In this document: one piece after another, positions 13,106-23,222 of the stretch
Position numbering within the stretch: the stretch's first letter is position 1
Layout: the number at the start of each line of letters is the position of its first letter
Assembly: GCF_001194135.2 (NCBI RefSeq)
Contig: NC_068983.1
Coordinates: 89,574,030-89,613,549 of the forward strand
Length of the DNA stretch: 39,520 bases
Direction: 5' to 3'
DNA from: Octopus bimaculoides
Lineage: Eukaryota
Position numbers and translations under genes: made by a program
Notes under the pieces: generated by a model
What the model saw: only the letters and a program-made list of their open reading frames with translations
The model's database searches: none
What the model was told of the DNA's origin: nothing

Positions 13106-13231
13106 ATTTCAGATATTGACATTTGTAATGGTATGGAACAGATCAACTAAATTGACAAACAATACAACTCATACTTATTTTGTTGTCCCCAGAAAAGATG
13201 TAAAGCAAATGACCCACATGGAATTTGAACT

Positions 13232-13702
13232 TGTAGCATACTCATTGTGCCTGCTTGGATTATCTCAGGGCTAAACATAAAAGGCCAGAAGGGATGAAAC
13301 AGGCAGCCACGATGCATGTGAAAAATACAACAGCCCTTAATAGCTGTAAAAGGCATATAAAGAGCCTGACTGACAGAATTTTTCCTCTCTTTTCCCTTCT
13401 GGGTAGTCAGCTCGCCAACTGCCCACAGCTAGGACTGCTAGCTCTCTTTCTTTGCTTCAGCGCCCTACAAGTGGTGTTGAGATGACTCTCTCACAGTAGG
13501 TACTTCCTGATGATATATCTGCTTGCTCTGTTTTTTCTTAAACTGTACATGCCAGAATGCCATAACATCTTGCAACAAATCTCCAACAAAATAAAAATCA
13601 TTACAGCTATATATAGTGAGCGTTCATTCCTCATTTACATGCAGCCTGCACCTAATCAGCCCTTCACCAACCTAACATTGAAAACACTCATACACCTACT
13701 AA
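13232..13702 (+). repeat. 5' LTR of the CsRn1-like element
   Basis: Begins TGTAG, ends CTAA, followed by AG and the PBS; aligns end to end with 17038-17481. Confidence 0.85.
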
Positions 13703-16700
13703 AGTGGTGAACCCAATGTTGGAGAAAACCAAAACATTTCTCATGTGGCAGTACAGAGCATCATAGTGACATTTCTTTCACCAGACTCACACACTTGGCA
13801 AGTAACAATGTCTTCACCTTCCATGGCTGCTGTTCCTCATCCACCTGTGCCTATTTTCACTGGAGAAAAAGTTTCACAAACGTATTAATGATGAACAGTA
13901 AGGGAGACTGAGCTCTGTCACAACTACAATGCAGAATGTGCCAGCTTGCCGAAGACAATTCATTAGAGAGCAGGTTTTTCAAATACCATTTTTTTCTCGC
14001 TTGCCCGCTAACATCCAAGCCATCCTCACACCCATGTGCGACACCAGTACTGTTGAACAATTGGCAACATCAGCCGATAAAATAATGGAGATAACCACTT
14101 CAATGTTACCTTCTCCTTCCATTACCGTAGCAGCCATAACATCCCAGGATTTTCGACACACTACAGAAAAAAAAACAATCGAAGACTTGATAGTGCAAGT
14201 TCGCAACCACCGTTGGAAAAGGAATACAGTCCCACATGCTAGACGCCAATCCTGCTCTAGGTCTCTATCTAGGCATCAATATGTTGGCAATCAAGGATCG
14301 GTATGTTGGTTTTCATACCAATTTCAGTGCCAAGGCAAGGAATTGCACACCACCTTTCTCTTATAACACCCAAACACAGCTACTGTCTCTGGTATCACTC
14401 CACCAAGTCGTGCAATATTTATCCAAGATGAAATTTCCAGAGGAGCTTCCTGGTTGACTCAGGAGCTGCCTGTAGTATCTTGCTGGCCAAATATATGTAC
14501 AGAAAACCTTGTCCATCAGCCACTACTTTGCAGGCAGTTAACCATTCACCTTTTGCCACATATGACAAAATTTCTCTCACCTTGAATATACAACTCAGAC
14601 GTTGCTTCCAGTGGGGTTTTTTAGTCGCCAATCTGTTGTACCTGATCATTGGGGCAGATTTCTTCTACCATTTTCCTTTGCTGGTCGACCTGAAGAACGT
14701 GCAACTTATCAACAGTAAGACGCAACTCAGTGTATGTAGCACTGACTGTTTTGTTTCCAGTCAACCTGGTTTACTTTGTTGCCACTGCTTCCAACTGATA
14801 CCAAACACTGTTGCAATTGTTCCCAGAGTTAATAAAACCCATGTCCTATAGAAAGGATAATGCACACTCCGTAGAACACCACATTTCGACCACAGGCCCT
14901 CATCTTTTCTCGCCTGAGACGTCTATCAGCAAAGAAATTTAAAGTTGCAAAAGCGGAATTCAAGCATATGTTACCGCTTGGAATTGTACGTCCTTCTTCC
15001 AGTACCATGGACCCCAAGAAATCATCCGCTGACTTTAGACCTTGTCGAGACTACAGATAACTTAATAACATCACAGTACCAGACAGGTATCCCATTTCAC
15101 ACTTTTAGAATTTCACAGCTTCGCTACACAGCTAGATCTTGTTCATGCATATCACCAAATACCCATCTACCCTGCCAACATTCCAAGAACTGCTGTAACC
15201 ACTTCCTTTGGAGCTTTCGATTATCTAACAATGCCATTTGGATTATGTAACATTGCGAGCTCTTTCCAACACTTCATAGACGAAGTCATCAGTGACCTCC
15301 ATTTCGTGTATGCCTACATCAACGATCTCCTCATTGCCAGTTCACCTGAAGCCGAACATGAAAGTCATCTACAACAGCTATTTGCTCGTTTGTCACAACA
15401 TAACATCCAGATTAATGTTACGAAATGTGTTTTCGGTGCTTCCTCCCTTACTTTCCTGGGGCACACCTTCAACAAGGCTCAAATCAGGCCTTTAGCCGAC
15501 AAAGTTGAGCAGTTGAAAAGATTCCTGTACCTACTTCACTGCGTCGACTCCATCATTTTCTAGGCCTCATAATTTTTTACCTTTGGTTTATCCTGAACTG
15601 TTTGCAAATATTGGCACCCCTTACAGATATGTTGCAGAACAGAAAGAAAGCAAATGAACCTATCTCATTCACTCCTACCCAGACCAAAGCCTTTCAGGAT
15701 ATCAAACAGAGTTTATCATGCATTTCTATGCTGACCTATCCGGCTTCTGACGCAAAGCTGTCGTTGTCTGTGGACGCTTCGGACCTTGGTGCTAATTCTG
15801 TGTTACACCAACAGTATGGTTCCGAATGGAAACCTCGTGTTCTTTTCAAAATGGCTCAAACCAACCCAAACCTGTTACCGTACTTTTAGTCGCCATCTAC
15901 CTCGCAGTCAAACATTTCCAGCACATGCTGTAAAGCAGGAATTTCACGATCTACACTGATCACAAGTTGCTATCCTTTGCTTTGAAATACAAGCCCGATA
16001 AATTCTCATCCGAGTTTACTTGGATTTCATTTCCCAATTCACCAGTGATATCCAGCACGTTCCTGGAAAAGAGAATATCGCTGCTGATGCTATTGACACC
16101 ATATTCTCATCTGCCGAGATCGATTCGGATACCATGGCAAAAGATCAACCACGAGCAGAAGACAACAAACCAGAGTTCTCTCCCTTTGACCTTCAACGAC
16201 TACCTGTAACAACTTGCAACTCTGAGATTCTTTGTGACATCTCCACCAATTGCCCTCGTCGACTTGTGTTCGAGAACCACAGACACTGAGTGTTTTCTGA
16301 GTGACATAGCATCTTATACACACGGGCGTTGCTGCCACTTTGAAGCTAATTTCAACTCATTTCGTCTGGCCCGACATGAAGCGAGACATCACCGAATGGG
16401 CCAGGAACTGCCTGCCTTGCCAGAAAGCGAAAGTTCACAGTCACATCAAAGCTCCACTGGGAACATTCACTCATCCCGACGCTCATTTCCAACATATCCA
16501 TATAGACCTTCTAGGACCCTGGCCCTTGAGTCGAGGATTTATGTACTTGTTGACGTGTATAGACCATTTCTCACGATGACCAGAAGCCATACCCATCACA
16601 GATATGTCATCACTAACTGTCGCTCAGACGCTCGTATCGGGTTGGATTTCTCATTCCAGTACATGTGCAACAATTACAATCGACAGAGGTCAGTAATTTG

Positions 16701-17037
16701 AATCTCAACTTTTCTACGATCTGACAAAAAATCTACCATCTTGCCTCAAATGGATCCATCAAGCGATTTCATCACCAGTTAAAAGCATCTTTGCATGCAT
16801 ATCCTGACCCACAGAAACGGATGTTGTCTTGATCTTCGTTCTGCTGTCAAGCAAACATTGGTTTTTCCCCAGCAGAATTGTCATATGGATCACCTTTATC
16901 GTTAACTGGTCAAATGATCACTCCAATTTCTTTGCATTTACCAGATTACATTTCTTTTGGTTTATTATTTTGTATCTTAAAAGCTTCTGTAGATACATAT
17001 TTTCTTTCGTCTCTCGTTATCGCCATAACTTCACGAC

Positions 17038-17481
17038 TGTAGAGTACCCGTCGTGCCTGCTTGTATTATCTCATTGCTAAACATAAAAGGCCCGGAAAGG
17101 ATGAAGTGGGCAGCCACGACGCATGAGCAAAACTAAAACAGCCCTTAACAGAAATCGTGAAAGGCACATAAAGAGGCCGACCGACAGGACTTTTCCTCTC
17201 TTTTCCCTTTTGCTAGTTCTCTTTCTTTGCATCAGTGCCTTACACGTGGTGTCGAGATGACTCTTTCGTAGTAGGTGCTTCCTTACGATATATTCGCTCG
17301 CTCTGTTTTTTTTGCTTAAACTGTACATACCAGAATGCCATAACAATCTTGCAACGAATCTCCATCAAAATAAAAATCGTTACAGTTATATTTAGAGAGT
17401 GTTCATTCCTCATTTACACGCAGCCCACACCTAATCAGCACTTCACCAACCTAACAATGAAAACACGCATTCACCCACTAA
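17038..17481 (+). repeat. 3' LTR of the CsRn1-like element
   Basis: Begins TGTAG, ends CTAA, followed by the AACT TSD; lacks a ~35-bp segment present in the 5' LTR; no recognisable PPT before it. Confidence 0.8.
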
Positions 17482-17701
17482 AACTCGGAATTTAGAGGCA
17501 TGAAACGACGAATGTAATGTCAGTCACTGAATCACACTTTTTGATGAAAATAAAAGCTGCAAAATTATTATTTCTAACAATGTGAAAGCAACAAACTGAA
17601 TTCACCCAATGTTTGACATTTTATTGAACAAGAAGGATGAAAGGCAAAGTCAAAACAAAGTAAATACAAAAAAAAAAAAAACAGGTGTCTATAATATTTA
17701 C

Positions 17702-17877
17702 CTGCAGAGTTTGTCACGACCAGAAGTCTTGGAAACAAACTGGATGTAATGGTCAGTCATTTCTTTCACGGGGCTCATTTGTGCATGTAAAGCGCTGATG
17801 TTATTACTTGGATGTTGATCAACTACAGCCACGATCTCTAAAGCGCCCAAGTATTCATTATTGTTAGTGTCTCCCAT
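17702..17877 (-). CDS. PEX11: First coding exon of peroxisomal membrane protein 11 (PEX11A/B-like); core start probably ATG 17760, in-frame ATGs at 17778 and 17877
   Basis: Stop-free frame ending MTDHYIQFVSKTSGRDKLC-AG|GTAAAT. The GRD(K/R)LxR motif and the phase-2 donor in the Arg codon match the PEX11A/B exon 1 structure as I know it (e.g. TQGRDRLFR). No later exon found in the window. Confidence 0.72.
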
Positions 17878-18250
17878 GTCACGTGTGATAACGTTGACAC
17901 TTCATAAAAAAGCTAAATACTTAGTCACTCTCAACAACAACTTGTTTTATGAATAAAGCATTACAAACGATATATTTTCTAGCATAGGCCGAGCAACGAC
18001 TGGCAAAATCTCGTTTATTCTCGTTTGTTATGTTTTCTCATTGTGTTTATTTCTCCTCTGTTGTCATCCTTCTTTTTTTTTCCTACTCTGTCTTTCTATT
18101 TTCCTTTATTCTCTTCTCACAATATATCTATTTTTTTACTCACTCGTTCTTTCTCTCTCCTACCCTATCTCTAATATTATTTCTAAAATCACTAGGTGAT
18201 GAGAGTGACATCTGTAGTGTCGAACAAAATGTCTTGCAATATTTATGATT

Positions 18251-18435
18251 AAAGCGGCGGGCTGACAGAATCGTTAGCACACCTGGTGAGATGCTTAGCA
18301 GCATTTCGCATTGAAATTCCGCCTTTCATCCTGTTGAAAGGTCGCTAAAACAAGTACTAGTTGAACACGCGTTGATGTAATCGACTTTCCCCTTCCCCAA
18401 AATTGCTGGTCTTGTGACAAAATTTGAAACCGATA
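18251..18435 (+). mobile_element. tRNA-derived SINE, internally deleted
   Basis: Collinear with the reverse complement of 12880-13105 (GCCTTTCATCC, AAATTGCTGGTCTTGTG, AAAATTTGAAA). Confidence 0.7.
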
Positions 18436-18460
18436 TTTATTATGATTCTTTATTAAAGTG

Positions 18461-18489
18461 GAAATTTCATTAACGCAGGTATGTAACGT
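18461..18489 (+). repeat. Left arm of a 29-bp inverted repeat (partner 22583-22611)
   Basis: GAAATTTCATTAACGCAGGTATGTAACGT versus the reverse complement of 22583-22611, GAAATTTCATTAAAGCAGGTATGTAAAGT (27/29). Confidence 0.85.
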
Positions 18490-18566
18490 GGAAAACTACG
18501 GAAATTTTAACAACAATATCGAAACAACAATTTCTACAGTTTAGCCAAATGAACATAGAAAGTGAA

Positions 18567-21500
18567 TGTGGTATGATGTCAGCAACTAGGGAGCTGACCG
18601 GAACCGTGAACTAACCGGAACGAGGAGCTGACCGGAAGAGGATGAGGGGCAGAGGGAGCCTCGATTGAGATTTCGTGCCCTTTTTTTAGCGGGGTTGTTC
18701 TGACGAGAGGACGTGCCAAGCGATCGTCTAGGTGCTGGGAGAAGCAGCTGCTATTTCTAGCGTTCTTCGGGTTGGGACAGCCACGAGGATCGGATACCGC
18801 AGGACAGACTTGTGCAAGGGAAGGAAAACGAGGTAAGCCGATTACTTCGATTCGCATGCATACACCACAAGCTATTTCGGCGCCACGTGTAAAACTTCGC
18901 CGCGATGGCAGCTAAGATCAGAATCGCCAGCGACGTGATCAGGCCTTTTAATGGCAAGGGAGATGTAATGGCTTGGATGCGAAAGATCAGGCTTGCGGCG
19001 AGACTGCAAGGGATAAGCAATATGGCGAGTCTTATAGCCCTGACCCTGTATTTAGAGATGGACGAGGAAGAGAGGTTAGGTTCGGAGATGATCGAGCAGA
19101 GATTGATAGAGGCATATTCAGAGAGCGAGTATCCCGCCTTTGTTAAGCTAGGGACTGTTAGAGGGGGGGGGGAGAAGCGGTGGACGAATACACGGCATTG
19201 GTGCGTAGGCTGGCCACGCTGGCTGGGTTTATGGGAGAAGGCCTGGACAGCGGCGCGGCTGGCATTTTGTGAGTGGGTTCCCTGACGATGTAAGGATTCG
19301 ATTGCAGCAGTTACCTGGCAGGAGAAAGATGGCACTCAGCGAGCTTGTAGCACAAGCTCGCGTGTTGACGCAACACATCGGACAGAAGACGATAGCGACG
19401 GAGAAAGGCGTGAGAAAGCCTACCGAGCAACAACAGCGGCTGTTCTCGGTACAGTGTTTTAAATGTCAGGGGTCGCACATGGCGAAGGAATGCACCGAAT
19501 CGGGGCCTGTCTGCTATCGATGCAGGAAGACGGGCACATCGCCTATGATTGCGGCCAGGGAAACAACCATGGGGAAGTAGCTGCCTCTCAAACTTTCCCC
19601 GCAACCGAGTAGAGGCACTTGTGGAGACGCTGCCCGTAGTCGAGGTCGAGGCCAAGGGGAAGAAGTTCAAGGCCCTCGTGGACACGGGTTGCACGACTAC
19701 CCTCATGACGCCAAGGGTAGCGAAGAAATGGGATGGGGTGAGTAGCGTCTGGGCGGTCGACGGCAGAGAGATCCGTTGCAAGGGCAGCTGCAGTGTGGAG
19801 ATAGCGTTACCAGGCACGGCGCTGAGGCTACAGGTGATCGTGATCGAATATATTTNNNNNNNNNNNNNNNNNNNNNNNNNNNNNNNNNNNNNNNNNNNNN
19901 NNNNNNNNNNNNNNNNNNNNNNNNNNNNNNNNNNNNNNNNNNNNNNNNNNNNNNNNNNNNNNNNNNNNNNNCGCTTACAACATTGAGAACAAAGATTTTC
20001 AGGCGGCGTTCGATAGTCGGAGGTGGACGATAGAGTGGCGATGGAAAGACGAGCCCCCAATACTAAAGAACAGGGTGAGCTGCTACCAGCATACCCTGAA
20101 AAGTTACGCTGGGGTCGAGTTTGATGAGGAGGTAGAGAGATGGATCAAGGAAGGAGTCCTTGTCCCGTGGAAAGAGGAGGCGGTGAGCGGAGTACTACCT
20201 CTGATAGCGGTGGAGGAGCCGACGAAGGGAAAAGTCAGACCGGTGCTGGACTTTAGGGAGCTGAACAAACATATATCGTGCCACACGGGAGGCGAGGCAA
20301 CGGACGTTTGCGGTGAGATGTTACGTGTGTGGAGACAGTCGTGCAGCTCCATGTGAGTGACAAGCTGGTGCGGTACAAGGGCCGGACGTACTGTTAAACC
20401 AGGCTGGGTTTCGGGCTGAATTCCGCTCCGAAAATTATGGCAATGGTGCTCAAGTCCATCCTATGGAAAGAGGAGAGGATAAGGAAGGCCACCAGTTCCT
20501 ACATCGACGACATTTTGGTTGACGAGACTGTAGTGCCAGCCACCGAGGTAGTGAGACACCTGGAGAGGTTCGGGCTGATTGCGAAGCCGCCAAATTCGAT
20601 GGTGGGGGGAGCTGCACTGGGGCTGAAACTACGAAGAGACAGATCGGGCGAGCTGGTGTTCCGGAGAGGAAACGAGATCCCAGAGCTGAGTTCCAGCGTC
20701 AGCAGGAGAGAGTTGTTCTCGGTTTGTGGGAAGTTGGTTGGACACTACTCGATCGCTGGATGGCTGCGCACTGCGTGCAGTTACACCAAGAGATGAGCAG
20801 AGGGGAAGAGTTGGAGTGGCAAGGTGGGAGAGGCGATGATGCGGGAAATCCTAGAGAGGATGAGAGTGGAAGACCCGGTTAGAGGAAACTGGTATGTGCC
20901 CAAGACGGAATGCGGGACAGTTTGGTGTGATGCTAGCAGTATAGCGATAGGGGTTGTGTTGTGGAGATTGAAGGTGCTGAGGTACAGGATGTGGCTTGGC
21001 TACGGAAAGTGGACGACTTCAACCATACTAATGTTGCCGAACTAGACGCGGTGCTGAAAGGGGTGAACTTGGCCCTGAGATGGGGGTTGCGCTTGATCGA
21101 GATCCGTACGGATTCGGCCACCGTGGTCGGCTGGGTAGGAACAGTGATTACCAGTGAGAAGAGAGTCCGGACGAAAGGTACTGTGGAGATGTTGGTGAAA
21201 CGCCGCCTAGGAGTTCTAGGAGAGCTGATCACCGAGTTTGGACTGAAGCTGAACGTGGTTTTCGTGCCTTTGGAGAGAAACAGGGTAGACGCAATGACCA
21301 GGGTGAAAAGGGCGTGGCTGGAGGAAGCAAGGAAAAGGATAGCGGCTGGGTGACTCCGAACTGAAGAGCTACATGCTATGCACCACTTGGGGGTGGATAG
21401 GACCCTGTATCTAGCGAAGATGATTGATGCTGACGTTACTAGGAGAAGCGTCAAGAAAGTGGTCGGGAACTGTGACAGATACCAGTCCATTGACCCACCC

Positions 21501-22578
21501 TGGGTGGGCATGAGCAAGGGAACCTCTCAGTAGAGTGCAACTGGAGGAGACTAGCTGTGGATGTGACGCACTACCGTCAGGGAATGTATCTCACCATGGT
21601 CGACTGTGGGCCGGGCCAGCTAGCCATTTGGAGGGAGTTGAGGACAGGCATTGCTGATGAGATTGCCCGGATTTTGAAGGGATATTCTTGGAGAGGGGTC
21701 CTGTGGAAGAACTGCTGATGGACAACAGGGTGGCGTTTCGTTCGGAAGCGTTGGGGGAGATGCTTGACTGGTAGAAGGTGCGACGATTGTTCAGAGCGGC
21801 GTATAGGCCAAGCAGCAATGGACTCGTTGAGAGGCACCATCGGATGATCAGGGCCATGGCTGAAAGGGGGCACATTTCGCCCCTGGAAGCAGTTTTCTGG
21901 TATGTCTCCCCGATCTGGACAAGCGGAAGAGTCTGTACCACACAGAGCAGTNNNNNNNNNNNNNNNNNNNNNNNNNNNNNNNNNNNNNNNNNNNNNNNNN
22001 NNNNNNNNNNNNNNNNNNNNNNNNNNNNNNNNNNNNNNNNNNNNNNNNNNNNNNNNNNNNNNNNNNNNNNNNNNNNNNNNNNNNNNNNNNNNNNNNNNNN
22101 NNNNNNNNNNNNNNNNNNNNNNNNNNNNNNNNNNNNNNNNNNNNNNNNNNNNNNNNNNNNNNNNNNNNNNNNNNNNNNNNNNNNNNNTGTGGAGACGAAA
22201 ACGAGGCACCTGGCTTGAGAAGATCTCGATGCGTAAGGCACCCGTCCATCTGGATGGCGGACTTCGAAGTGGAGTAGGGGTAAACGTGATCTTTAAGATC
22301 AGGGTGGCATGTGGTATGACGTCAGCAACTGGGGAGCTAACCGGAAGAGGAAGAGGGGCAGAGGGAGCCTCAATTAGGATTTCGTGCCCTTTTTCGAGCG
22401 GGGTTGTTGTGACGAGAGGACGTGCCAAGCGTTCATCTAGGTGCTGGGAGAAACAGCTGCTATTTCTAGCGTTCTTCGGGTTGGGCCAGCCACGAGGATC
22501 AGACACCGCAGGACAGACTCGTGCAAGGGAAGGAAAACGAGGTAAGCCAATTACTTTTACTCGCACGCATACACCACA
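18567..22578 (+). mobile_element. Compact GC-rich LTR retrotransposon (gag-PR-RT-RH-IN), 5-bp TSD GTGAA, decayed, two N gaps
   Basis: LTRs 18567-18869 and 22310-22578 with TGTGGT...ACCACA ends; GTGAA at 18562-18566 and 22579-22583; gag zinc knuckle CFKCQGSHMAKEC; protease LVDTGC; RT VRPVLDFRELN, LGFGLNSAP, SYIDD; RNase H WCDAS...AELDAV...TDS; integrase HHLGVDRT, LAVDVT, SNGLVERHH. Confidence 0.92.
19856..19971. other. Assembly gap (N run)
   Basis: Direct read; further gaps at 21952-22187 and 32971-33138. Confidence 1.
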
Positions 22579-22582
22579 GTGA

Positions 22583-22611
22583 ACTTTACATACCTGCTTT
22601 AATGAAATTTC
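22583..22611 (-). repeat. Right arm of the 29-bp inverted repeat
   Basis: See left arm at 18461-18489. Confidence 0.85.
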
Positions 22612-23113
22612 TACACTTGAATATACAATACTTTGAAAAGTGCTGGAGATTTAAAATTTAATTTATTTATTCATTTTGCATATTCGTAATCTCCGACATG
22701 TAAAATGTAGGAACCCAAATGAACTTTTTCAGAAAAATGTATTTTTCAAGGTGAGGTGCGATTCTACATTAGCCTCAAATATTACCCACAAGTTAAAAAA
22801 TTCTAAGCAATCACAACTTCTTCTAGAACTGGTTCCAGCAACAATCCCATCTTTTCATGCCTGTCTCAGCCCATCAAGCACAATAAATTCAGCACAGTTT
22901 GATAACTTCACAGAGAGCATTGAGAAACGGCAGATAGACAGTGAAAAGATGTGGACAACTAATGACAACTGACAGCAGCTAAACAATGACGGATGAGGAC
23001 AGCAACACCAGCACCAAATAACCACACTTTGTTGTTACAATCACATGAAGAACAATAGCATTCAAACTTTCTCAATGTTTAGTCATTTGTAGTAATGACA
23101 ATATTTGCTTTTT

Positions 23114-23222
23114 GTTAGTAGGGTGCACTGAAAGTGTAGCTGCTAAAATAAGAATAGCCTGGGCAAAGTTCAGGTGGCACATAAAATACACCATTTTGAG
23201 CGTGGTCATTGCCAGTACTGCC
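23114..23222 (+). mobile_element. Chimeric mini-RTE fragment (ORF piece fused to a 3' UTR module)
   Basis: 23114-23173 matches 27460-27527; 23171-23222 matches the module at 28415-28465; the pieces join at a shared CAG. Confidence 0.8.

Larger units (their letters stand above)
13232..17481 (+). mobile_element. CsRn1-clade Ty3/Gypsy element with two LTRs, decayed gag-pol, 4-bp TSD AACT
   Basis: LTRs 13232-13702 and 17038-17481; AACT at 13228-13231 and 17482-17485; PBS-like TGGTGAACCC at 13705; gag RLPANIQAIL and (C)WFHTNFSAKARNCTPP (CHCC-type motif, frameshifted); protease LVDSGA; RT MPFGLCN, AYINDLLI; RNase H VDASDLG; integrase HIDLLGP...TCIDHFSR, truncated near 16840. Confidence 0.88.

Noticed and set aside
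18700-18730. CTGACGAG in the 5' LTR as a second hammerhead core
   Set aside because: No stem II followed by GAAA, and the 3' LTR has GTGACGAG.
21577-22582. Long ORFs spanning N runs, and similar ORFs at 18579-18857 and 21577-22566
   Set aside because: Artefacts of N gaps and of reading the two LTRs; not independent proteins.
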